In this document: positions 29,990 to 39,884 of the stretch, one piece after another | Layout: each line of letters begins with the position of its first letter | Position numbering within the stretch: position 1 is the stretch's first letter | Assembly: GCA_035509535.1 (NCBI GenBank) | Contig: DATJLN010000102.1 | Span: 2,420-66,419, forward strand | Length of the DNA stretch: 64,000 bases | Direction of reading: 5' to 3' | From: Xanthobacteraceae bacterium | Lineage (GTDB): Bacteria > Pseudomonadota > Alphaproteobacteria > Rhizobiales > Xanthobacteraceae | Notes under the pieces: generated by a model | Databases searched by the model: none | The model's input: only the letters and a program-made list of their open reading frames with translations | Told to the model about the DNA's origin: nothing | Made by a program: the position numbers and the translations under genes

Positions 29990-30877
29990 CTAGCTCGGCA
30001 CCGCCTCCGCCGTCCTGAACTTCACCGGGATGGCGAGATAGTGCACGCCATTGGCGGCGGCCGGCGGAAACCGCCCGGCACGCATGTTGACCTGGATCGA
30101 CGGCAACAGGAGCCGCGGCGCCGAAAGCGTCGCGTCGCGCGCGGTGCGCATGGCGACGAACTCGGCCTCGCTGACGCCCTCCCTGACGTGCACGTTGCGC
30201 GCCCGTTCCTCGCCGACCGTAGTCTCCCAGGCATAGACGTCGCGCCCGGGCGCCTTGTAGTCGTGGCACATGAACAGCCGGGTCTCCGGCGGCAGCGCGA
30301 GCAGCTCTCTGATCGAGCGATAGAGCCGATGCGGGTCGCCGCCGGGAAAGTCGGCGCGGGCCGTGCCGAAATCCGGCATGAACAGCGTATCGCCGACAAA
30401 GGCGGCATCCGCGATCTTGTAAGTGACGTCGGCCGGCGTGTGGCCCGGCGTGTAGATGACTTCGGCCACGAGATCGCCGATGCGGAAGCGCTCGCCGTCG
30501 GCGAACAGGCGGTCGAAATCGCTGCCGTCGGTCTTGAGGTCGGCGGCATTGAAGATCGGCCTGAATATCTGCTGCACGTCCTTGATGTGCTCGCCGATTC
30601 CGATCTTGGCGCCGGTCTTGCCCTTGACGTAAGGCGAGCCGGAAAGATGATCGGCATGGGCGTGCGTTTCGAGCGCCCAGACGACCTCAAAGCCCCGCTC
30701 GTGCGCCCGGCGCAGGATCGCCGCGACCGATCGGGTATCCACCTCGCCGCTGCTGCCGTCATAGTCGAGCACCGGATCGATGATCGCCGCCTTTCGCGTG
30801 GCGGGATCGGCGACCAGATAGCTCACGGTATTGGTGGGCTCGTCGAAGAATGCCTGGATGATGGGCTGTTGCCGCAT
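29990..30877 (-). CDS. MBL-fold persulfide dioxygenase-like protein (Blh/ETHE1-like)
   Basis: ORF 29990..30907. The ATG at 30877 is preceded by GAGAGGAG. ETHAHADHLSG contains the HxHxDH motif. The N-terminus FFDEPTNTVSYLVADP is typical of Blh-type enzymes found beside BigR-type regulators. Confidence 0.75.
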   Translation of the reverse strand: MRQQPIIQAFFDEPTNTVSYLVADPATRKAAIIDPVLDYDGSSGEVDTRSVAAILRRAHERGFEVVWALETHAHADHLSGSPYVKGKTGAKIGIGEHIKDVQQIFRPIFNAADLKTDGSDFDRLFADGERFRIGDLVAEVIYTPGHTPADVTYKIADAAFVGDTLFMPDFGTARADFPGGDPHRLYRSIRELLALPPETRLFMCHDYKAPGRDVYAWETTVGEERARNVHVREGVSEAEFVAMRTARDATLSAPRLLLPSIQVNMRAGRFPPAAANGVHYLAIPVKFRTAEAVPS

Positions 30878-30900
30878 GGTTCCAATCTCCTCTCGCTGTC

Positions 30901-30946
30901 TTGACATATATATTAGCTATCGCTAAATAAGCAATGTCTAATATAT
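30901..30946 (+). promoter_or_regulatory. Putative promoter (TTGACA-17-TAAATA) overlapped by inverted repeats, a likely ArsR-type operator
   Basis: TTGACA at 30901..30906, a 17-nt spacer, TAAATA at 30924..30929. The perfect 9-bp inverted repeat ATATATTAG (30908..30916) / CTAATATAT (30938..30946) encloses the inner TTAGC-tatc-GCTAA. Confidence 0.55.
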
Positions 30947-30968
30947 CTCGCGAGGAACAGGAACCGAT

Positions 30969-31307
30969 ATGAGCGCCGTCAAGCTGGACACCGAACGGCT
31001 CGAGCAGAAAGCGGCGGAAGTCGCCGCGATCCTGCGCGCGCTCGCCAACGAGCGCCGGCTGATGATTCTGTGCAAGCTCGTCGAATGGGGCGAAGCCAAC
31101 GTCAACGCGCTGGCCGACGAAGTCGGCCTCTCGCAGTCGGCGCTGTCGCAGCATTTGGCGAAAATGCGCGAGGAAGGGCTCGTCAGCTACCGGCGCGAAA
31201 GCCAGACGCTGTGGTACCGCATCGCCGACCCGCGCATCGAGGAAATGTTCGGCGTGCTGCACCGCCTGTTCTGTGCCCCCGGCAAGACCGGCACCCGCCG
31301 GCGATAA
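30969..31307 (+). CDS. ArsR family regulator, BigR/SqrR-like persulfide sensor candidate
   Basis: LANERRLMILCKLVEWGEANVNALADEVGLSQSALSQHLAKMREEGLV is an ArsR HTH. There are exactly two Cys, at residue 35 (LMILCKL) and residue 102 (LFCAPG). The 67-residue spacing is close to that of the redox Cys pair in BigR/SqrR. Confidence 0.7.
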   Translation: MSAVKLDTERLEQKAAEVAAILRALANERRLMILCKLVEWGEANVNALADEVGLSQSALSQHLAKMREEGLVSYRRESQTLWYRIADPRIEEMFGVLHRLFCAPGKTGTRRR

Positions 31308-31328
31308 GAAACCCAACGGAGCAATGTC

Positions 31329-31868
31329 ATGCCGCTTCCCAAAATCACCCCGCAACAGGCGCACAAAATGCTGAGCGAAGGCGCGATCCTGCTCGACATT
31401 CGCGAGGCTGACGAATATGCCCGCGCGCACATCGACGGCGCCAGGCATCTGCCGCTGTCCAAACTCGACGCGGCCGACCTGCGCGTTCAGCACGGCATGC
31501 CCGTGATCTTCCACTGCCGCAGCGGCGCGCGCACCGCCGGCAATGCGCCCCGCCTCGCCGCCAAGGTCGGCGGATCCTGCGACGCTTTCATTGTCGACGG
31601 CGGCCTCGACGCCTGGCGAAAGGCGGGGCTTCCGGTCGTGACCGATCGCCGCCAGCCGCTCGAATTGCAGCGTCAGGTGCAGATCGGCGCCGGCAGCCTG
31701 GCATTCTTCGGCACCCTGCTCGGCCTCCTGGTTTCGCCGTGGTTCTTGGCCGTGCCGCTCTTCGTCGGCGCCGGCCTGATGACCGCCGGCATCACCGGCT
31801 TTTGCGGCATGGCCCGCCTGCTTGTGCACATGCCGTGGAATCGCGCGATCTATCAGCCGCAGATCTAG
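31329..31868 (+). CDS. Rhodanese domain protein with C-terminal DUF2892-type membrane anchor (YgaP-like)
   Basis: ILLDIREADEYARAHIDGARHLP ... FHCRSGARTAG is the rhodanese active-site loop. The C-terminus has two TM helices with GITGFCGMARLL. Confidence 0.8.
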   Translation: MPLPKITPQQAHKMLSEGAILLDIREADEYARAHIDGARHLPLSKLDAADLRVQHGMPVIFHCRSGARTAGNAPRLAAKVGGSCDAFIVDGGLDAWRKAGLPVVTDRRQPLELQRQVQIGAGSLAFFGTLLGLLVSPWFLAVPLFVGAGLMTAGITGFCGMARLLVHMPWNRAIYQPQI

Positions 31869-31883
31869 GATCGCGAGACCGGT

Positions 31884-32672
31884 ATGGACCTCTCCACGGT
31901 ACAAGCCGCGCTCAGCGTGATCAGCGGCGGGCTGGTCGGTTTCTCGCTCGGCCTTGTCGGCGGCGGCGGATCGATCCTGGCCGTTCCCCTGCTCATTTAC
32001 GTGGTCGGCATTGCCAACCCGCATGTCGCCATCGGAACCAGCGCGATTGCGGTCGCCGCCAGCGCCGCCTTGAATCTCTGGAATCACGGCCGCGCCGGCA
32101 ATGTGAAGTGGCGATGCGCGCTGGTGTTCGCCGGCGCCGGCGTGACCGGTGCGCTGATCGGCTCGACGATCGGCATATGGATCGACGGGCAGAAACTGCT
32201 GATGGCCTTTGCCGTTCTGATGCTGGCGGTGGCGGGCCTCATGCTGCGCAAGCGCGGGAGCACGGGCGACAGCCAAGTGAGACTCAATCGCGACAACCTG
32301 CCGTGGCTCCTGGCGATCGGGCTGGGCGCCGGATTGCTGTCGGGCTTCTTCGGCATCGGCGGCGGATTCCTGGTGGTGCCGGGCCTGATGCTGGCGACCA
32401 GCATGCCGATTCTCTATGCGGTCGGTTCTTCACTCGTTGCAGTGACCGCCTTCGGCCTCGCCACGGTCGCAAATTACGCGATGTCGGGACTGGTCGATTG
32501 GAGCGTCGCGGCGCTGTTTCTGACCGGAGGGGCGTTGGGCGGCCTCGCCGGCGCGACCGCAGCCAAGACGCTGGCGGAGCGCAGAGGCGTACTCAACACG
32601 GCGCTCGCGATGCTCATCGCGATGGTGGGGAGCTACATGCTCCTGCGCGGCTTGGTTTTCGCTTCGGCGTGA
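31884..32672 (+). CDS. TauE/SafE family sulfite/anion exporter
   Basis: 262 aa, polytopic, with duplicated GGGGSILAVPLL / GIGGGFLVVPGL motifs. Confidence 0.85.
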   Translation: MDLSTVQAALSVISGGLVGFSLGLVGGGGSILAVPLLIYVVGIANPHVAIGTSAIAVAASAALNLWNHGRAGNVKWRCALVFAGAGVTGALIGSTIGIWIDGQKLLMAFAVLMLAVAGLMLRKRGSTGDSQVRLNRDNLPWLLAIGLGAGLLSGFFGIGGGFLVVPGLMLATSMPILYAVGSSLVAVTAFGLATVANYAMSGLVDWSVAALFLTGGALGGLAGATAAKTLAERRGVLNTALAMLIAMVGSYMLLRGLVFASA

Positions 32673-32702
32673 GAGCAGCGTTCGAACGACGGCTTTTGCA
32701 CG

Positions 32703-33368
32703 TCAGCGTTTGACCGTGGCGCCGACCAGCATCATGAAGCGCATCTGATCGTCCGCATTGTCGCGGAACGTGCCCAGGAAACGTGTCGTCACCGTGGAGG
32801 CGCCGGGCTTCTTGACGCCGCGAATGGCCATGCAGGTATGTTCGGCTTCGACCATCACCGCAACGCCGTGCGGCTTGAGCACCTCATTGACCGCGGTCGC
32901 GACCTGCGAGGTGAGATGCTCCTGCGTCTGCAGCCGCCGCGCGTAAGTATCGACCAGGCGCGCGAGCTTGGACAACCCGACCACGCGCTCGACCGGCCGG
33001 TAGGCGACATGCGCCTTGCCGTAGAACGGCAGCATGTGATGCTCGCAATGCGAGGTGAAACGGATGTCGCGGATCAGCACGAAGTCGTCATAGGCTTCGC
33101 TCTCCCCGAAGGTGCGGGCGAGCGCATCGGCCGGCACTTCGACATAGCCGCGATAAAGCTCGTCCAGCGCGCCGATGACGCGCTTGGGAGTATCGACCAG
33201 GCCTTCGCGATTCGGATCGTCGCCGATATAGGCGATCAGTGCCCGGACGGCGGCCTCGGCCTCCTCGCGGGAGGGCCTTTTTTCGACCGGTGCTGGAGCG
33301 TTGTGGACGTGATCCGAAAACTGCTCGCGGGGCCAAGACTTGATGCTTGGCTTGATAACTGCGTCCAT
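32703..33368 (-). CDS. folE: GTP cyclohydrolase I
   Basis: [18 protein letters not shown] and [13 protein letters not shown] are canonical FolE motifs. The ATG at 33368 follows GGGAG. Confidence 0.9.
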   Translation of the reverse strand: MDAVIKPSIKSWPREQFSDHVHNAPAPVEKRPSREEAEAAVRALIAYIGDDPNREGLVDTPKRVIGALDELYRGYVEVPADALARTFGESEAYDDFVLIRDIRFTSHCEHHMLPFYGKAHVAYRPVERVVGLSKLARLVDTYARRLQTQEHLTSQVATAVNEVLKPHGVAVMVEAEHTCMAIRGVKKPGASTVTTRFLGTFRDNADDQMRFMMLVGATVKR

Positions 33369-33504
33369 TCCTACTCCCAATCACCGACCCATCACCGGCG
33401 CCCATTGCCAGCCGCCTGCCGGAACTTCAAATTCGAAGCCACGCCGCCTATATAATGCTTTGCCGGCCGGAGACAACAAATCCCAGAAATAACCGTAATT
33501 TACG

Positions 33505-34002
33505 ATGCTCGACGAGGTCTATAACAAGCGCATTATCGAACTTGCGGGCACGATCCCCCGGATCGGGCGGCTGCCGCAGCCGGACGCCTCGGCGACCGCG
33601 CTGTCGAAGCTGTGCGGCTCGACCGTGACCATCGACCTGAAGATGGACGGCGACACCGTCACCGATTTCGCCCATGAGGTGAAGGCCTGCGCGCTCGGCC
33701 AGGCCTCGTCCTCGATCATGGCGCGCAACATCATCGGCTCGAAAGCGAGCGAGTTGCGCGCCTTGCGCGAGGCCGTGCGCAAGATGCTCAAGGAGAACGG
33801 CGCGCCGCCGGCGAACGGCAAATGGGCCGACATCGCCGTGCTCGAGCCGGTGCGCGACTATAAGGCGCGCCATGCCTCGACGCTGTTGACCTTCGATGCG
33901 GTGGTCGACGCGATCGGGCAGATCGAGGCCAAACGGGCCGCGGGCACTGCCGGCCAAAACGGCGGCGGCGCCGGAGCGGCGGCCAAACAAACGGCAAAGT
34001 GA
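33505..34002 (+). CDS. Iron-sulfur cluster assembly scaffold (IscU/SufU-like NifU N-terminal domain) protein
   Basis: NKRIIELAG ... SKLCGSTVTIDLKMDGDTVTDFAHEVKACALGQASSSIM has the conserved Cys pattern of the alphaproteobacterial IscU-like family. Confidence 0.7.
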   Translation: MLDEVYNKRIIELAGTIPRIGRLPQPDASATALSKLCGSTVTIDLKMDGDTVTDFAHEVKACALGQASSSIMARNIIGSKASELRALREAVRKMLKENGAPPANGKWADIAVLEPVRDYKARHASTLLTFDAVVDAIGQIEAKRAAGTAGQNGGGAGAAAKQTAK

Positions 34003-34003
34003 C

Positions 34004-34387
34004 TTGCCGCCGGCCGGCCGCAGTGTCGCCGCGGCTTTTCGCCAAGGCGTGCGCAATTTGCCGCGCCTGTTCGGCCGCCGCTTGATCACCGCCTATCGCT
34101 ATACGCTCTCCCCGCTCATCGGCTACGAGTGCCGGCATCTGCCGACCTGCTCGCATTATGCCGATGAGGCAATCGATCGCTTTGGGCTATGGGCCGGCGG
34201 CTGGATGACGCTGGCACGGCTGCTGCGCTGCCAGCCGTTCGGCACGTCGGGACTCGATTTCGTGCCCGATGCGGCGCCCGAAAATGCGCGCTGGTATCTG
34301 CCGTGGCGCTATGCCCGCTGGCGTGGGACGAATGACCGTCAGCCAATGACCCTCAGCCCTCGCCCCGACATACGCCACATCCACTAA
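34004..34387 (+). CDS. yidD: Membrane protein insertion efficiency factor YidD
   Basis: ITAYRYTLSPLIGYECRHLPTCSHYADEAIDRFGLWAGGWMTLARLLRCQPF is the canonical YidD core. The start is uncertain: a TTG at 34004 lies just after the upstream stop. Confidence 0.8.
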   Translation: MPPAGRSVAAAFRQGVRNLPRLFGRRLITAYRYTLSPLIGYECRHLPTCSHYADEAIDRFGLWAGGWMTLARLLRCQPFGTSGLDFVPDAAPENARWYLPWRYARWRGTNDRQPMTLSPRPDIRHIH

Positions 34388-34427
34388 TGCCGGAGCGGCC
34401 AATGCTTCAATCTGAAACAGCTTCGCT

Positions 34428-35122
<695 letters not shown>

Positions 35123-35126
<4 letters not shown>

Positions 35127-36976
35127 GCCTCGTGCACTCCCCCGAGATACGCCTCCTGCACGGCCGCGTTGGTCTTGATCTCGGCCGGCGTGCCCTCCGC
35201 CAGCACGCGGCCCTCCTGCAGCACCGTGACGCGCTCGACCAGCTCGAACAGCGAGTCCATGTCATGGTCGACGATGATCATGGTGCGGTCCCGGCCGATC
35301 GACTTGAGGAGCTTCACCATCTCGACGCGTTCGAGCGGACTCATGCCGGCGAGCGGCTCGTCGAGCAGCAGGAGGCTCGGCGTCGTGGCAAGCGCAAGCC
35401 CGATCTCCAGCCTGCGCTTCTCGCCATAGGCCAGTTCGGACACCGGCAGGTCGGCGCGGTCGGCCAGATGCACGACCTTGAGCGTATCCTCGACGCGTTC
35501 GATCAAGCCTTTGACGCTGCCGATATGGCGCAACAGATCGAGACGAAACGGCCCGCGCTTTTCGGCGAGCGCCGCGATCGTCGCGTTCTCCCGCACGCTG
35601 AGCCGGTTGAACAGCTGGTTGACCTGATAGCTCTTCGTCAAACCGAGCTGGCACACCCGCGTCACGCCGAAGCCGGTGATATCGCGGCCCTCGAACACGA
35701 TGCGCCCGGCGGTCGGCACCATCTCGCAGGTCAGCATCTTGAAGAAGGTGGATTTGCCCGCGCCGTTGGGGCCGATGATGCCGCGGACTTCGCCGCGCCG
35801 CACCGAGAAGTCGATACCGTTATTGGCGATCAGGCCGCCGAAGCGCTTGGTCAATCCTTCCGCGCGCAAAATGACGGCGCCGTCATCGGCGGACTTCAGC
35901 CGCCCCGACGACGGCGTCAAATGCGCGAGCGGCGCGCTACCTTCGGCCGCGATCGCGGCCGACGGCGATACCGCATGCGGGTCGGCCGGCTTGCGAGGCT
36001 TGGCCTGTCCGGCCGCGAGCCGAGCCAGATCCGCCACCCCGCCGACGATGCCGCGGCGCAGAAAACAGACGAGCAGCACGAACACGATCCCCAGCACCAG
36101 CTTCCAGGTCGCGCCGAGATGCAGCGATGTCTGGAAAAAATCGCTCAGGAAGAGCCAGACCGTGGCGCCGACCAGCGGACCGAACAGCGTGCCCGCGCCG
36201 CCGATCGCAGTCTGCATCACCAGCTGCCCCGACGTGTCGAACATGAAGGCGTCCGGCGGCATGAAGCCCTGCATGATGCCAAGGAGCCCGCCGGCGAAGC
36301 CGGCATAGGCGGCGGCGATGACGAAAGCGGTGAGCTTGTAGCCGTGAATGTTGTGGCCGACCGCGGCGGCGCGCAGCGGGTTGTCGCGAATAGCGCTCAA
36401 GATGGCGCCGACCGGCGATCGCACGATACGCAAGCCGATCACCATGCCGATGAAAAACCAGAACGCGAGAAAGACGTAAAGCCGCCGATCGCTGTCAAAA
36501 TGAATGGTGGTGAAGCCGAGAGAGAGGCTCGGGGTCGGCACCCCGGGCAAGCCGTTCTCGCCGCCGGTATAGGCCGACAGCGGGTTGAATTCGACGAAGA
36601 AGAACACCTCGGCGATCGCGACCGTGATCATGGCGAAGTAGATGCCGGTGCGGCGCAACGCGATCAGTCCGACCGCATAGCCGATAGCCGCCGCCGCGAT
36701 CATGCCGATGAACAGGGCCACGATGACGTTCGGGAAATTCAACACGGTCAGCAGATAGGCGGCGACCATGCCGCCGGCTCCGTAGAACGCCGACTGGCCG
36801 AACGACAACAGGCCGGTAAAGCCGAACAGGATGTCGAAGCCGATGCCGAACAGGCCCCAAACAAGGATGCGATTCACGGTCGTGGGCGCGAAGCCAAGAT
36901 GGGGCAACACGAACGGCGCCACGATCAGGCCGGCCGCGATCAGCACTTCGATGAGGAAAGGATGTCGCTTGAGCAT
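35123..36976 (-). CDS. Fused branched-chain amino acid-type ABC permease (LivM-like) and ATPase (LivG-like)
   Basis: 617 aa. The N-terminal ~330 aa are polytopic. The C-terminal half has GPNGAGKST, LAYGEKRRLE and LLLDEPLAG. Confidence 0.85.
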
Positions 36977-36989
36977 GCGATGACTGCGT

Positions 36990-37865
36990 TCACTCGCGGC
37001 CGGCCGTGCCGAGCAGGCCGTAAGGGCGAAATACCAGCACCAGCGTCATCGCCACGAACAGCATGACGTAGGCATAGCCCGGGTTGAACATCGAGGTGAT
37101 GCTGATGATCTCGCCGGCGATCAGGCCGCCCAGCACCGCGCCGGGAAACGAGCCGACGCCGCCGATGACGACGACGACAAAGGTCTGCACCAGGATCGAT
37201 TCGCCGACATCGGGCGCGATCGAGACGACCGGCGCGTTGACGATGCCGGCAAAACCCGCCGCCATGGCGCCGATGCCGAACACCAGCATGAACACCTTGT
37301 CGACGTCGATGCCCAGCGAATCGACCATCACTGAATCTTCGATACCGGCGCGGACGATCATGCCGATACGCGTGCGATAGAGCACGATGTAAAGCGCGAC
37401 CAGCGCCACCGCGACGATGCCGAGCAAAGCAAGGCGGTAGGTCGGATAGAACATGAAACCGATCGGCGTGATCCCCAGCAGCGGCGCCGGCGGCGGCACC
37501 GACTTGGAAAGGCTGCCGAAGAAAAATCGCACCGTCTCAACGAAGACGATGCCAAGACCGAAAGTCACGAGCAGCTGATCCTCGTGCGGCCTCTTGTAGA
37601 AGTGGCGGATGACGACACGTTCCATCGCCACGCCAACCAGCATGACGAACAGAGCGCCGGCGATGACCGCGGCGACAAAGGAGCCGGTATAGGTGAAGGC
37701 GACCCAGCCGGCGTAACCGCCGAGCATGAACATGGCGCCGTGCGCGAGGTTGAGCACGCCGAGCGTGCCGTAGATGATCGTCAGGCCCGACGAGATCAGC
37801 GCCAAAAGCGCACCCAGCACAATTCCGTTGAAACATTGCGAGATAAAGTTGGGCCAGTTGACCAC
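36990..37865 (-). CDS. Branched-chain amino acid-type ABC permease (LivH-like)
   Basis: ORF 36990..37916. The GTG at 37865 is preceded by GGGGA and gives VNWPNFISQCFNGIVLGALLAL, typical of a LivH N-terminus. Confidence 0.8.
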   Translation of the reverse strand: MVNWPNFISQCFNGIVLGALLALISSGLTIIYGTLGVLNLAHGAMFMLGGYAGWVAFTYTGSFVAAVIAGALFVMLVGVAMERVVIRHFYKRPHEDQLLVTFGLGIVFVETVRFFFGSLSKSVPPPAPLLGITPIGFMFYPTYRLALLGIVAVALVALYIVLYRTRIGMIVRAGIEDSVMVDSLGIDVDKVFMLVFGIGAMAAGFAGIVNAPVVSIAPDVGESILVQTFVVVVIGGVGSFPGAVLGGLIAGEIISITSMFNPGYAYVMLFVAMTLVLVFRPYGLLGTAGRE

Positions 37866-38036
37866 GCTGTTATCCCCACGCCGTTTTTCACGTCCGGATT
37901 CATCCCGGACAGCCACGGTTTGTTGTAACCGGCAAAACAGCCGGGCTAAAGGGGCGAAGAGCGCGCTTCGCCGTTTGGCCCGGCCATGATGGAATTAAGG
38001 CCCTCGCCGCGACGCAATGCGGAGAGGGCCGGGTGA

Positions 38037-39410
38037 TCAAGTGTAATCACCGAGGTTGCAGCCGAACGCGTCGGGCTTCTGCATGAGCGGCGCGCCGGGC
38101 ACGATTTCCACGACCTCCCAGTAGTCTTCCTTGTTCTTCATGTCCTTGGGCGCCTTGCCGCGGACGATGATGACCGGACGGACCAGCTGGTGATCTTCGG
38201 GGCGGAAATGCACGTCACCGACCGTGGAGTCGAACGACTCGCCCTTTTCGTAGGTCCTGATGACATCGGGCGGGTAGAAGGTGCCGGCCTCCGAGACCAT
38301 GCGCGCCCATATGGCGAATTGCATATAGGCGTTATTGGCACCCCATTCAGGCTTGTAGCCGTACTTCTTGTCGAAGGCCTCGACGAACATCTTCGCCAGC
38401 GGATACTTGTCATCCAGCGTCCACCAGAAATCAGTGGCAGCAAAGACGCCCTCGGTGAGTTCCGGCCCTACTTCCTTGGCGAGGAAGGGGATCTGATAGG
38501 GAATCACCATGCTCATCTTCGGCGTGAGGCCAAACTGCTTGGCCTGCTGGATCGACAGCACCGCATCGCGGCCCCAGTTCACGTTGATGATGAACTCGGC
38601 GCCGGAATTGGCGATGTTGGTCAGATACTGGCTGAAGTCCTGAGTGCCGAGCGGCGAGATCTGGTTGGTCACCATGGTCCAGCCGGCGTTCTTGCTCAGA
38701 TAGTCGTTCACCGACTTGGTCACGGTGTGACCATAAGTGTAGTCCGGCGTCATGAACGCGGCCTTGCGGTTCTTGCCGAAGTTCTTCACCAGCACCGGGC
38801 CGATCGCATTGGCCGCAGTCTCCCCGTAGAAGCACTGGCGGAACGAATAACGCGAGCAATCCTTGCCGGTCGTGTCGTTGGAGCCCGAGATCGCCACCAG
38901 ATAGAGAATTTTCTCGCGCTCGGCGAACTTGTTGAGCGCCACCGCCACGGCCGAAGACGTCGAACCCGTCATCGCAACAATCTTGTTGTCGTTGATAAAG
39001 GTCTGCTGCTCCTGCACGGCGTCGTTCGGCTTGGCGCCGCTGTCGGCGACGACGAGATTCACCTGCTTGCCGAGCAAGCCCTTGCTGACCTTGGGCGCGA
39101 TCTTCTTGATCAGCGGGTGACCCTCGTTGATGTGCTCGACGGCGAGCTGCATGCCCTTGAGCTCATCCTCGCCCTGCACGGCATAGGCGCCGGTCCGCGG
39201 CACCGTCGCGCCGATGGTGACGGTCGGTCCCTGGGAGCCGGCCGGCCACGTGCCGAGCGGCGGCTTGTCTTCGGCATAAGCCGGCGCGAAGCCGAACTTG
39301 TGCGGGCCGGCCAATGAAATCGCGCCGAGCCCGGCACCTGTCGCTGCCGCCGTGTGCAACAGGCGGCGCCGCGACAACGGCTTGGAAAATGCTTGGGTCT
39401 CTTTGGTCAC
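38037..39410 (-). CDS. ABC substrate-binding protein (Leu/Ile/Val-binding protein family) with Tat-like signal
   Basis: ORF 38037..39458. The GTG at 39410 lies 5 nt after GGAGG. SRRRLLHTAAATGAGLGAISLAG is a twin-arginine-like signal. The periplasmic_binding_6-like body is 458 aa. Confidence 0.8.
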   Translation of the reverse strand: MTKETQAFSKPLSRRRLLHTAAATGAGLGAISLAGPHKFGFAPAYAEDKPPLGTWPAGSQGPTVTIGATVPRTGAYAVQGEDELKGMQLAVEHINEGHPLIKKIAPKVSKGLLGKQVNLVVADSGAKPNDAVQEQQTFINDNKIVAMTGSTSSAVAVALNKFAEREKILYLVAISGSNDTTGKDCSRYSFRQCFYGETAANAIGPVLVKNFGKNRKAAFMTPDYTYGHTVTKSVNDYLSKNAGWTMVTNQISPLGTQDFSQYLTNIANSGAEFIINVNWGRDAVLSIQQAKQFGLTPKMSMVIPYQIPFLAKEVGPELTEGVFAATDFWWTLDDKYPLAKMFVEAFDKKYGYKPEWGANNAYMQFAIWARMVSEAGTFYPPDVIRTYEKGESFDSTVGDVHFRPEDHQLVRPVIIVRGKAPKDMKNKEDYWEVVEIVPGAPLMQKPDAFGCNLGDYT

Positions 39411-39698
39411 GTGTTCCTCCGATTGTGCGTTCTGTTGTTCTAGAATACACGGTCGCACGTCGCGACAGAGTGTTCTGCTCGCAAGGCCGCATGGGGCGAT
39501 GGACTGCGAGCGAGTTCAATTCTCGCACTTTATCGGCCGGATATCGCGGCAATTCTGCGAGATTTTGCCGCAATAATACGAAAGACGTAGACGGAGAAAG
39601 AACTGTCGCGGCGAGATCTCAAAATCCCGCGGAGGCAAAGCGGAATTGGCGCATTTCTCTCGTCAGGGTTTCGAACGGCGGGCCGAGCGCCGCGAGCC

Positions 39699-39740
39699 GT
39701 GCCAGGAGCCAAGTGCCAGGAGCCAAGTGCCAGGAACCAG
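39699..39740. repeat. 14-bp tandem direct repeat, 3 copies
   Basis: gtgccaggagccaa twice, then gtgccaggaaccag. It lies in the divergent intergenic region between the ABC operon and thrS. Confidence 0.9.
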
Positions 39741-39771
39741 GAATTTACAGCGCGCCGGGGCCCGGCAACGA

Positions 39772-39800
39772 TTGCCATGAATCAACCGTGAACATATATT
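39772..39800 (+). promoter_or_regulatory. Putative sigma70-type thrS promoter
   Basis: TTGCCA (39772..39777), a 17-nt spacer, TATATT (39795..39800), about 85 nt upstream of the thrS ATG. Confidence 0.5.
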
Positions 39801-39842
39801 CGCTGCGCAAGTTGAAATGATTGATTCTAGGCGCATCGCTTA

Positions 39843-39863
39843 CGCTGCACCTTGTAGGCAGCG
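39843..39863 (+). promoter_or_regulatory. thrS leader hairpin with a UGU-containing loop
   Basis: cgctgc-ACCTTGTAG-gcagcg: 6-bp stem and 9-nt loop. It ends 10 nt before the AGGAG SD (39874..39878) of thrS. Confidence 0.35.
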
Positions 39864-39884
39864 AGTGAGCAACAGGAGTGAAGA

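Noticed and set aside
35132-37066. A 644-aa ORF on the plus strand, antisense to the ABC permease/ATPase genes. Similar long antisense ORFs occur at 2220..3833(-), 15442..16632(-), 22516..23658(+), 27547..29274(-), 30759..32276(-), 40512..41648(-), 52403..53803(-) and 61619..62812(-).
   Set aside because: Their translations are Arg/Gly/Asp/His/Ala-rich with no motifs. The opposite strand encodes proteins with unambiguous family motifs in every case. Long stop-free antisense frames are expected in high-GC DNA.
39699-39740. A sigma54 promoter (TGGCAC on the minus strand of each repeat unit), or a mini-CRISPR array.
   Set aside because: No TTGC(A/T) element lies at the required 5-nt spacing after any TGGCAC. 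The units are contiguous, with no spacers, and far shorter than CRISPR repeats.
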